Positions 53,249 through 64,000 of a stretch of DNA of 64,000 bases are shown here, piece by piece. Source of the DNA: Mobula hypostoma (taxonomy: Eukaryota); assembly GCF_963921235.1 (NCBI RefSeq), contig NC_086108.1, positions 5,332,001 through 5,396,000 of the forward strand. The letters are read 5' to 3'. Positions within the stretch are counted from its first letter, which is position 1, and every line of letters starts with the position of its first letter. The notes under the pieces are model-generated. The model did no database searches. It was given only the letters and a program-made list of their open reading frames with translations, and was not told the DNA's origin. Both the position numbers and the translations under genes were made by a program.

Positions 53249-53568
53249 TAGACAATAGACAATGGACAATAGACAATAGGTGCAGGAGTAGGCCATTCGG
53301 CCCTTCGAGCCAGCACCACCATTCACTGTGATCATGGCTGATCATCCACAATCAGTATCCAGTTCCTGCCTTATCCCCATAACCTTTGATTCTGCTATCT
53401 TTAAGAGCTCTATCCATCTCTTTTTTGAAAGCATCCAGAGACTTGGCCTCCACAGCCTTCTGGGGCAGAGCATACCATATATCCACCACTCTCTGGGTGA
53501 AAAAGTTTTTCCTCAACTCTGTCCTAAATGGCCTACCACCAATTCTTAAACTGTGAGGAAAAACGTTC
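53249..53568 (-). mobile_element. Nested CR1 3' end with (CTATTGT)n tail
   Basis: Flanked by TTAA (53245-53248, 53569-53572), which restores the host sequence 'aaagggttaacctatgag'. Confidence 0.8.
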
Positions 53569-54709
53569 TTAACCTATGAGGAGCCATTGAGTCACCTGGG
53601 ACTATACTCTCTGGAGTTCAGAAGAATGAGAGGGGATCTTATAGAAACATACAAAATTTTGAAAGGGATAGATAAGATAGAAGTAGGAAAGTTGTTTCCA
53701 TTGGTAGGTGAGACTAGAACTAGGGGACATTGCCTCAAGATTCAGGGGAGAAGATTTAGGACGGAGATGAGGAGAAACTATTTTTCCCAGAGAGTGGTGA
53801 ATCTGTGGAATTCTCTGCCCTGGGAAACAGTTGAGGCTTCTTCACTAAATATATTTAAGGTACAGTTAGATAGATTTTTACATAGTAGAGGAATTAAGGG
53901 TTATGGGGAAAAGGCAGGTAGATGGAGCTGAGTTTACGGACATGAGTTTATGATCTTATTGAATGGCGGGGCAGGGTCAATGGGCCGAATGGCCGACTCC
54001 TGCTCCTATTTCTTATGATCTTATGTAAGTCCCATAATGAGGACTGGCTCATGGGCCTCTGGCTTCCTCCTCCTCTAGTCAACAGTCAGCTCTTTGGTGT
54101 TACTGACACTGAGTGAGAGGTTGTTGTGGCTCCAGACCCAGCTTTTCATTTTCCTATTTGCTCAGTTTGCCAACTTTTGCACTTCGGTTGTTTGTCCGTC
54201 TTTGTCTGTTGTAGTTTTTCATTGATATTATTGTATTTCTTGGTATTTACTGTGATTGCCCACAAGAGATGAATCTCAGGGTAATACAGGGTGACATATA
54301 TGGACTGTGATTGTAAACATACTTTGAACTTTTTGAATCTATAATCAGACCACCCAAGAAGGTTAGCCCCTCAAGCATGGCAGTGAACCAGAGACGTTTG
54401 GACAACAGCCTGTAGTTATTTTTGATCATTACTAAGGTATTGTATCATCTCATGTCCTTGATATCTATTGTTTATTTATTTATTATCATTGTTTATTCTT
54501 TTTGTATTTGCAGTTTGTTGTCTTCTGCACTCTGGTTGAACGCCCCAGTTGGACGGTCTTTAGTGGTTTCTGTTATGGTCATTATTCTATAGATTTACTG
54601 AGAATCCCCACAAGAAGGTGAACGTCAGGGTAGTATATAGTGACATTTATGTACTATGATAATACATTTACTTTGGACTTTGAATAAACTATTTTACAAT
54701 TCTGTACTG

Positions 54710-54938
54710 GCAGCACAGTGGCAGTACCAGTGACCCGGTTTCAATTCCCACCACCGCCCGTAAGGAGTTTGTACGTTCTCCCCGTGACCGCGTGGGTTTC
54801 CTCTCACAGTCCTACTGCTTGGTAGATTAATTAGTCATTGTAAATTGTCCCATGATTAGGCTAGGGTTAAGTCAGGAATTGCTGGCCAGTGAGGCTGGAA
54901 CGACTGGAAAGGCCTGTTCCACACTGTATCTCAATTAA
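54710..54938 (+). mobile_element. V-SINE (HE1-like)
   Basis: 'gtaaggagtttgtacgttctccccgtgaccgcgtgggtttcctc'; CR1-like tail. Confidence 0.7.
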
Positions 54939-55182
54939 AAAAAGTTTAATTCTGGATACATGCAATTACTTGACAACAAATTTGAATATAAAATTTCCAC
55001 CAGTTTACATGTAATTTCTGCCCCAGGTGGCATCTCACCCCAGACACTCAGTTTCAGATCTACCTTCTTGAAATAGAGGGTAGAATGGTTCAGTAGCCTA
55101 GCGGTCATCGTGACGCTATTACAGCTCGGGGCATCGGAGCTCGGAGTTCACTTCCCGTGTCCTCTTTAGGGAGTGTGTACGT

Positions 55183-55375
55183 TCCTCTTCGCCGCATCGG
55201 GCAGCAACCTTGTCGTTACTTTAGTACTTTTGCCTGTTCTTTACGAGGCCGAGTTTCTAGCTCGACGCTCAGCCCAGCACGGATGGAAAGCGCGCAAGGA
55301 GCCGGCCGTATTCGAACCTGGGACTTCTTGTTCCAAAGTCCAGATGCAGATACCTGGCCCCACCACACCACCACT
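55183..55375 (-). mobile_element. tRNA-derived SINE (another family; also about 36135-36330)
   Basis: Minus-strand B box GGTTCGAATAC; body shared with 36170-36330. Confidence 0.6.
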
Positions 55376-55959
55376 ACCGACAGAGCTGTGATTAGGCTTG
55401 GGTTAAATAGCTGGGTGGCTGGGTGGTGCAGCTCATTGGGCTGGAAGGGCTTTGTATCTCTAAATTTAAGAATTTAGAGAAGCACACCCTTCCCTTCCCT
55501 TCCCTTTCTCCCGTGGTTCATTCTTCTCTCCTATCAGGTTCCTCCTTCTTCAGCCCTTTACCTTTCCCTCCTATCACCCTCCAGCTTCTTACCTCATTCT
55601 GCTTTCCCACCCACCCACCTGCTCCCTCACCTGGTCTCACCTGTCGCCTGTCGGCTTATACTCCCCTACTCCCACCCCCCCCCACCCCGTTTGTCTTATT
55701 CTGGCTTCTGTCCCCTTTCTTTCCAATTGTGATGCAGGCTGTCAGCCCGAAACATTCGAGTCCTTATTCCACTCCGCAGATCAAAGTTCAAAATTAATTT
55801 ATTACGCACATGTATAGGTCACCATTTGCCATGACTAAAGAGATGACTGTGGACTGTAGGAAGTGCAAGCTGAACACTCCTCACTGCACATACACGGCTC
55901 CTCTGAGGAGTTAGGAGAACCAGGTTTCTGGGAATTCACCTAATGGACGATCTTCTAAT

Positions 55960-56614
55960 GGAGGAGAGGAGAAGATGGCGGCGTGACACAGCGCGCACGG
56001 CCGTTCCAAATGAGTATCATATGTGTAACTAGGGGAGCCGTGCACAATCCAGATTTGAGGCAGACAGCCGTGAGAGTACGGAGGAACATCTGGAGTAACT
56101 TCCGAAATGCCTGCTTTGCTGACGCTGCTACTGTGTGGTCGAGAATCTCCAGAGACGAAGGCCCCAAATCCTTGGCTTTGCCTATTGCTTGTTGCCGGGG
56201 CCGGGGTCGAAATGCTCGGCAGAGATGGTGCTCGGTGCTCAGTGTCGGAGAGCTGGTCGGAGGCTCGGAGTTTTTCGGATGGACTCGGAGCCGGACTGTG
56301 GTCGGATGCTTCCGGGATGCTGCATCGGCAAGTTGGCGGTGCTGGAGGTTCACCGTCTGTGTGAGATGATGGGACTTTCGAGAGACTCTGAGACTTTTAC
56401 TGTGCCACGGTCTGTTCTTATCAAATTACAGTATTGCTTTGCACTGTTGTAACTATATGTTATAATTATGTGGTTTTTGTTAGTTTTTAAGTTGGTTTGT
56501 CATGTGTTTTCGTGATATCATTCTGGAAAAATATTGCATCATTTCTTAATGCATGCATTACTAAGTGACAATAAAAGAGGACTGTGTGTCCTCATAATCT
56601 GATCTAATCTAATC
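55960..56614 (+). mobile_element. About 650-bp CpG-rich non-coding retroposon with (AATCT)n tail
   Basis: Starts gaggagaggagAAGATGGCGGCG and ends AATAAA..cataatctgatctaatctaatct. It interrupts a Rex fragment. An inverted copy is at 58801-59449. Confidence 0.8.
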
Positions 56615-57309
56615 TCACCTGGTCCCTCAGCACCACCTCTTCAGCAAAGAAAGCACCCTGGGATTAATTTTCTTGTGGGCATTCACAGTAGGCCAAAGAA
56701 GTATGATAGTATTAATGAAAAACTAGGCCAAAGCAAAGACTGACAAACAATTAGGCAAAGTAGACGCTACTGAGTTCCTCCACCATTTTGTGTGTGTGCG
56801 TTACTCCGAATTTCCAGAATCTCTTGTGTTCTTGAAACACAGAATAGTTTTTATCAGAGAAATAGCTTCGAATTTCTTGGGTTTAGAGTGTGTTTGAGGC
56901 TGAGGAATTAAATGCTGCAGTTTGGAGCCAACTATTGTGTCTGCCTCACCGTGTGATCCAACCCCATCACGTGCCTCTCTTCTTGCTAACTTACTCTCCT
57001 TGTCTCCACAGCAACGAGCAGACTTGATGCCACCTCTCCCACCCCTCGGTTCCTGTTTGCAATTTTTTTTTCTCTGCATCCTAATAGACAACAGATTGAA
57101 TCTTTAGTATCAGAGAGAAATGTGATGCTAATGGCTTCAGGCTAAAGAAAGTAATATTGGCTGAGTTACAAATATAATTGCTGAATATACAATTAAAATT
57201 TTCGAAGTTCAAAGTAAATTTATTATCGAAGTATGTATACGTCACCATACACTACCCTGAAATACATTGTCTTGCAGGCATTCACAGTAGAACAAAGAAA
57301 TACAATAAA

Positions 57310-58330
57310 GTCACAGAGAAGTACAGGACAGAAACAGGCCATTTGGCCCATCTTGTCCATGCCAGACCATTGAAATTGCCTACTCCCATTGACCTGCTCC
57401 AGGACCATAGCCCCCCGTGCTCCGGCCATCCATGTACCTGTCCAAATTTCTCTTAAACGTTGAAATCGAGCCCCTTGTGCTGGCAGCTCATTCCACACTC
57501 AGAGAGAAGAAGTTTCCCCTCATGTTCCCCTGAAACTTTTCACCTTTCACCCTTAACCCATGGCCTCTAGTTTTGTCGCACCAAACCTCAGTGGAAAAAG
57601 CCTGCTTGCATTTACCCTATCTATACCCCTCATAATTTTGTATACCTCTATCAAATCTCCCCTCATTCTCTTACACTTCAAGGAATTCAGACCTTATAAC
57701 TCAGGACCTCCCATCTCAGCAATATCACTGTAGATTCCTCTGTACTCCTTCAACCTTATTTACACCTTTCCTGTAGGTAGATGCCAGAATTGCACACAAT
57801 ACTCCAAATTAGGCCTCACCAGCATGCTATACAACTTCAACATGACATCCCATCTCCTGTACTCAATACTTTGATTTATGAAGGCCAATGTGCCAAGAAC
57901 TTTCTCTATGACTTTATCTCCCTGTGACACTACTTTCAATAAATTGTGGACCTGTGTTCCCAGATCTATGACTCGACGACCCTATCCCTTTGTTCTAACA
58001 CACCCCTCAATGCCCCACTCTTCACTGTATAAGACCTACCCCAGGCTGATCCTACCAAAGTACAAAGCCTCACACTTGTCTGCATTAAGTTCCATCTGCC
58101 ATTTTTCTGTCCATTTTTCCAGCTGGCCCAGATCCCTCTGCAAGCTCTGAAAGCCTTCCTCACTATCCACTACACCCTTAACCTTGGTGTCATCCACAAA
58201 TTTGCTGATCCAGTTAACCACATTATTATCTATGTCATTGATATAGATGACAAACAACAATGGACCCAGCTCCGATCCCTGCGGCCCTCCACTCACCACA
58301 AGCCTCCCATCAGAGAGACAACCATCTACT
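57310..58330 (-). mobile_element. CR1 RT/3' fragment
   Basis: ORF 58036-58404: GPQGSELGPLLF..KFVDD. Confidence 0.8.
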
Positions 58331-58800
58331 GGTGGTATAACCAAGACTTGTGATATGCACCAGCTGCTCATACGACCATCCACCACTTGCTCACATGACT
58401 TCACATGACCTTGATTGGGGGACTAAGCAGGTGCTACACCTTGCCCAAGGGTGACCTGCAGGCTAGTGGAGGGAAAAAGCACCTTACACCTCCCATGGCA
58501 GAGACGTAACTCCACCCTATGAGGGATATAGATACAGTAAATGGAAGCAGACTTTTTCCACAGGGGTTGGGTGGAAGGTGAAATACTTCAGGGAAACCTG
58601 AGGGAGAACTGTTCTGTTCAGTTCTGGTCACCTCACTACAGGAAGGATGTGGAAACTATAGAAAGCGTGCAGAGGAGATTTACAAGGATGTTGCCTGGAT
58701 TAGGGAGCATGCCTTATGAGAATAGGTTGAGCGAACTCGGTCTTTTTTCCTTGGAGCGATGGAGGATGAGAGGTGACCTGATAGAGGTGGATAAGATGAT

Positions 58801-59449
58801 TATGATTATGAGGACATGCAGTCCCCTTTTATTGTCATTTAGTAATGCATGCATTAAGAAATGATACAATGTTTTTCCAGAATGATATCACAAAAACGCA
58901 CGACAAACCGACTTAAAAACTAACAAAACCCACATAATTATAACATATAGTTACAACAGTGCAAAACAATACTGTAATTTGATAAGAACAGACCATGGGC
59001 ATGGTGAAGTCTCAAAGTCGCTCGAAAGTCCCATCATCTCACGCAGACGGTGAACCTCCAGCTCCACCAACTTGCCGATGCAGCATCCCAGAAGCATCTG
59101 ACCACAGTCCGACTCCGAGTCCGTCCGAAAAACTCCGAGCCTCCGACCAGCTCTCCGACACCGAGCACCGAGCACCATCTCTGCCGAGCGCTTCGACCCC
59201 GGCCCCGGCAACAGGCAATAGGCAAAGCAGAGGATTTGGGACCTTCGTCTCCGGAGATTCTCGATCGCACAGTAGCAGCGTCAGCAAAGCGGGCATTTCA
59301 GAAGTTACTCCAGATGTTCCTCTGTGCTCTCACGGCTGTCTCCATCAAATATGGATTGTGCACGGCACCCCTCGTTACACATATACGATATTCATTCGGA
59401 ACGGCCGCACGCGCTGCGTCGCGCCGCCATCTTCTCCTCCCTCCTCTCC
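58801..59449 (-). mobile_element. Second copy of the about 650-bp CpG-rich retroposon, inserted in CR1
   Basis: TSD TGAT (58797-58800, 59450-59453) restores the CR1 sequence 'aagatgatgagaagcattgatc'. Confidence 0.85.
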
Positions 59450-59799
59450 TGATGAGAAGCATTGATCATGTAGATAGTCAGAGGCTTTTTCCCAGGACTT
59501 TTTATGCAGAGAGTGGTGAGTGCGTGGAATGGGCTGCCGACGACGGTGATGGAGGCGGATACGATTGGGTCTTTTAAGAGACTCCTGGACAGTACATGGA
59601 GCTCAGAAAAATAGAGAGCTATTTCTCAGGTAAGGACATGTTCAGCAGAGCTTTGTGGGCCGAAGGGCCTGTATTGTGCTGTAGGTTTTCTATGTTTCTA
59701 TGAACTTCTTTGTTCAGAGTGTGAATCAGCAGAAGTGGTAGATGTGGGTTCGGTTGTAACATTTAAGAGAAGTTTGGATAAGTACATGGATGGGGGATG

Positions 59800-61270
59800 T
59801 GTATCTGTCTGTCCACAGCTGATGTGAGGAAGACCCTAGCCAGAGTCAACAAACGTAAAGCAGTGAGGCCCACTAGCAAACCTGGTCACATGCAGCCCAG
59901 CTAACAGACATCTTCAACATCTCTCCGGAAATGTCCACTGTCTCCACAGGCTTCAAGGTGGCCTCCATCATCCCGGTGCCCAAGGGGACGGCAGCAACCT
60001 ACCTCAATGACACTGATCTCAGCAATAATGAAGTACTTTGAGCGGTTGGTTATGGATCGTATTAAATCCCATCTTCCTGCCATAGTGGACCGTTTCCAGT
60101 TCAGCTTTAATCAGTCCACTTCTGATGCTGTAGCCTCTGCCCTCCACTCCATCCTGTCCCACCTGGAAAATGGTGCCTCGTAAGCCAGGATATGTTTATC
60201 GACTTCAACTCGGTGAATAATACAATCTTCCCTCAGAGGCTGGTGGGTGAACTGTCCCTGTTGGACCTCAGCACCTCTCTCAGTATCGGGATCCTAGACT
60301 TCTTGACAGAAGACCACAGGCAGTCCGTGTGGGTAGAAGCTCCATCACGTTGTGCACTGGCACCCCCAGGGCTGCATGCTCACCCCACAGCCGGTGCATG
60401 ACCGTAATAACAGGATCATCAAGTTTGCTGAAGACACAACTGAGGCTGGCCTCATCAGCAACAACAATGAGATGGCATACAAAGCGGAGGCAGAGCATAG
60501 CAAGAACAGTAACTTGAGTCTCAACGTGGACAAGACTAAAGAGATGACTGTGGACTTTAGGAAGGTGCGGGCTGAACACTCCTCACGGCACAGAAATGGC
60601 TCCTCTACAGAGAGAGTTAGGAACGCCAAGTTTCTGGGAGAGCCCATAACGCACCTTCTCACCTGATCCCTCAACACCAGGTCTTTGGCCAAGAAAGCAC
60701 CGCAGCACCTCCGCTTCCTGAGGAGATCGGGTGAGGCTGCACCAACCCCTCTCCATTCTAACCGATTTTTACCAGAGCTCCACCTGGAGTGTCCTGACCA
60801 GCTGCATCACTGTCTGGTGTGGGAATTGCAGGGCAGCTGACCACAAGTCCCTACAAACGATTGTGAGGACAGCTGGGAGGATCATCAGGGTCTCTCTTCC
60901 ACCCATTAGAGATATTTATCAGGAGCACTGTGTACACAGGGCCCTTGTCAATAATCCTCCCCATCCGTCCAACAATCTCTTTGACCCCCTACCTCAGGCA
61001 GAAGGTACCGTATCATCAGGACAAGGACTGTTAGGATGGGAAACAGTTTCTTCCCCCAGGCTGTGAGACTGAACTCCCTGCCATCACTCAGGTCTCAGCA
61101 CACATGAAACACCAGCAGCGTTATACCCTTTACTTTTTAACGTGTTGTAAATGTACCTTATTATGGGTTAATTTATTTGTGGTCATATTACTGTATGTGA
61201 GTTATATGTACTGCATTGTGCACCTAATTATTTGTTAGTTTATTTGCGGTGATATGTGTTGTGTGTGTGA
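59800..61270 (+). mobile_element. Degraded Rex1/Babar LINE RT region
   Basis: MFIDF.S..NTI.P, PQGC.L, IIKFAEDT, LSLNVDKTKEMTVDFRK, LTSCITVWCGNC. Confidence 0.85.
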
Positions 61271-61461
61271 GTTATATTCAAAGTACAATTATTATTGAAG
61301 TATGTATAAATCACACAACCTTGAGATTTGTCTGCTTACAGGCAGCCGCAAAGCAAGAAACCTGAAAGAACCCAATTTTAAAAATAAAGGCCAACACCCA
61401 ATATGCAGAGAGAAAGAGAAAATGCAAATCTTGCAAACAATAGAAGCAAGCAACACATTTC

Positions 61462-64000
61462 TGTTATTAAAAGTAAGTTAATACTAATTAGGATAATGGG
61501 TGGGGGGGGGGTGTTTCACTTCTGTTCTTTTAACTCCCGGTGTGTTCTGTACATAGTGTTCCTGCCATGCCGTACGGGTTGTGAAGGCCTCTGTATATAA
61601 ATAACCGTTTTGACGTTTGAGGTAAACAGGTTTCGTGGACCTGTCAGAACGTCTCGAACGGGAGCAGCAGCGCCGATAAGGAGCCGCACGTTCAGATGGC
61701 TACGTTTGGGGCTATCGTTGAATTTGTGGAGGTTACGGAGGACTGGCCAGAGTATGAGGAAAGGTTGGGACACTTTTTCTGTGCTAATGGAATTACTGAG
61801 GAAGCTAAGAAGTGCTCTATTCTCCTGAGTGTGTGTGGGGCAAAGACTTACAAGCTAATAAGCAATTTAGCCACACCGCGGAAACCAGGGGGACATCCCA
61901 TATGATGAACTGCTCAAGCTTGTGGGGAGCCACTACAATCAGAAACCTTCTGTGATAGTCGAACGGTGTAAGTTTCACAACCGGTTCAGGAAGCCAGGTC
62001 AGTCTGTGGCCGAGCTTCGGCAGCTGTCGGAGTATTGTGATTTCGGAGCGGTGTTGGAAGACATGCTCCGTGATCGATTGGTAAGCGGCATTAATAATGA
62101 CGGCACAACGCCGCCTGTTAGGGGAAACCCCACCACTGACTTTCAAGAAAGCCTTAGAGATTGCCCAAGGCATGGAGATGGCTGGTAATAATGTCAAGGA
62201 TATCCAGAAAGGACATGGGGGGTGGCAGTCAGTGTCAGGAGGGAGACTGGTAAACAGGCAAAGCGGGTGGAATGTTTCCGGTGTGGAGGGACGCACTGTG
62301 CAAATGATTGCAAATTCAAAGACACCGTCTGCCGTGCTTGTAGCAAAAAGGGACATTTCGCTAAAAAGTGCAGAAGTTCAAAGGGTAAGATTAAGCCTGG
62401 ACAGAGGAAAACTCAACAGGCTAGGGCAGCCACACACCATCTAGAAGAAGCAGATGAAGAGACCGCGTGTGCCTACAACGTGTTTGCAGTGGAAGGAGAT
62501 GAGGAACCACCTGAACCATATTATGCCACAGACACTGTCAGGGGAAAGGACATTAAGTTTGAGATTCATTCATGAGACTCACCCAGGAGTGTCTCAAATG
62601 AAAAGCCTTGCAAGATCCTACGTTTGGTGGCCAAGAATGGATCAGGATCTGGAGAACAAGGTAAAATCATGCACGCAATGTCAGACTAATCAGAAAATGC
62701 CATCACCAGCTCCTTTGCATCCATTGGAGTGGCCAGACCACCCCTGGTCTAGGCTACATTTGGACTTTGCTGGCCCTTTTATGGGGCAGATGTTTCTTGT
62801 AATGGTAGTTGCACATTCTAAATGGATCTAAGCTCACTTCATGAGCAACATCACAGCCCCCTCAACCACAGACAAACTCAGGCAAGTGTTTGCTGTCCAC
62901 GGGTTGCCTGACACTCTGGTCACTGATAATGGCCCAATGTTCATCAGTGAGATGTTCAGTGAGTTCGTGCAGCAGAATGGCATTCATCACATTCGGACAG
63001 CCCCTTTCCACCCAGCCTCCAATGGTTTGGCTGAGCGGGCTGTTCAGACAGTGAAGGAAGGCCTGAAGCGGATGACAGGGGACTCTCTTAGCATTCGGCT
63101 TTCCCATTTCCTGTTTAAATACCGCCTCACGCCACAGACTATGACTGCCCGCACTCCAGCAGAGATGCTGATGGGGCGTAGGCCCAAGCCAAGATTGGAC
63201 CTGCTGCGCGCAGACATGAAGGCGAAAGTGAAGAGAAAGCAGGAAAAGCAGAAGGAGAGACATGATCAACATGTGCGAGAGAGACAATTAAAACCGGATG
63301 ACAATGTCTATGTGAGAAACAATCAGCAATGGCTGCCTGGGGTTACTCTTAAGCAGAGTGGTCCCGTCTCCTATGTTGTTAAGCTGACTGATGAACGTGT
63401 TTTCCACAGACATCAGGACCATGTGCGCCTGCGTCATGATACCGGCTTAGAGGCAGACAGTTCCATGGAGTTTCCATTTGCGAGACAGACTATGGTGAAA
63501 GCATGTCCACCAGTGACTTTGCCAGAGGGCGAGACGCTGGCAGAGGGGTTGGGGTCCCCTGAGGAGGATGGACATTCTCACGCAGACACACAGACCCCTC
63601 TCATTCCCCAACACCAGACCCACTCAAAACACCCTCACCAGCGGTGCCTGCTGGGTCACCGGGGGTAGTGCGCAGATCACAGCGCACTCGTAAACCTCCT
63701 GACAGACTGAGTCTTCGATGGGACAGTTCTTTTTGCTGTTGTTAGATTGAATGTTGAATCTGTCATGTTTTCCAGGTGTTTTGTATTGGTAAACTGTTGC
63801 TGAGATACTAGTATAAGTTTTCAGGGGTACACAAGTTAATAACACCACTGTTTTTATTTCCTAGGTTTTACATTTGGGGAATGTAGGATTTTAAAGCGGG
63901 AGAAGTGTTGTAATCTGAGCATTATTAAAAGTAAGTAAGTTAATACTAATTAGGATAATGGTGGGGGGGGGGTTCACTTCTGTTCTTTTTACTTCCAGTG
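61462..64000 (+). mobile_element. Ty3/Gypsy LTR retrotransposon, internally deleted (gag + integrase, no RT/RNase H)
   Basis: LTR repeat 61462-~61540 matches 63922-64000. Polypurine tract AAAGCGGGAGAAG precedes the 3' LTR start TGTTG at 63906. Gag from 61696 (EDW.EY.ERL..FF.AN, LRDRLV.G, two CCHC-like knuckles). Integrase H.HPG..C..C, HLDFAGP, VTDNGP, HPASNGLAER. Confidence 0.92.

Larger units (their letters stand above)
50365..54025 (+). mobile_element. CR1 ORF2 host element carrying two nested CR1 insertions
   Basis: Frame pieces: KPALDN..KKQQRT, KQEIRKGKIE, ORF 52342-52926 (RT), 52927-53245 and 53587-53931. Confidence 0.85.

Noticed and set aside
56900..57110. Candidate TTC9B exon 1 or other exon in unique sequence
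   Set aside because: The listed ORFs and the frames I read show no TTC9 N-terminal motifs; only an isolated acceptor-like tract on the opposite strand.
55955..59577. Overlapping 100-175 aa ORFs in the CpG-rich repeat
   Set aside because: No recognisable domain, boundaries differ between the two copies, and GC-rich sequence is stop-poor.

Overview
Repeat-saturated vertebrate genomic DNA, most likely from a cartilaginous fish. This is inferred from abundant HER1-like CR1 LINEs and HE1-like V-SINEs that share a 3' tail. The only host gene I can support is a TTC9-family TPR gene (best match TTC9B) on the minus strand, with an internal 183-bp exon (46849-47031) and the terminal coding exon (42591-42685); exon 1 was not found in the window. 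The rest is nested mobile DNA: a long Penelope-like element (RT + GIY-YIG, 7-bp TSD) with a hammerhead ribozyme motif, many Penelope 3'-end remnants, two inverted-repeat Penelope derivatives with hammerhead motifs, a young L1 with a twin-priming-type 5' inversion and 10-bp TSD, a full-length IR/DR Tc1 (DD34E, inactivated), Tc1-derived non-autonomous copies, Rex1/Babar and RTE fragments, many CR1 copies, several SINE families, and an internally deleted Ty3/Gypsy element (gag + integrase only) running off the right edge. I found no convincing new protein-coding system. The most notable signals are the hammerhead-bearing fold-back element, the non-mammalian L1 5' inversion, and a CpG-rich non-tRNA retroposon present as an inverted pair.
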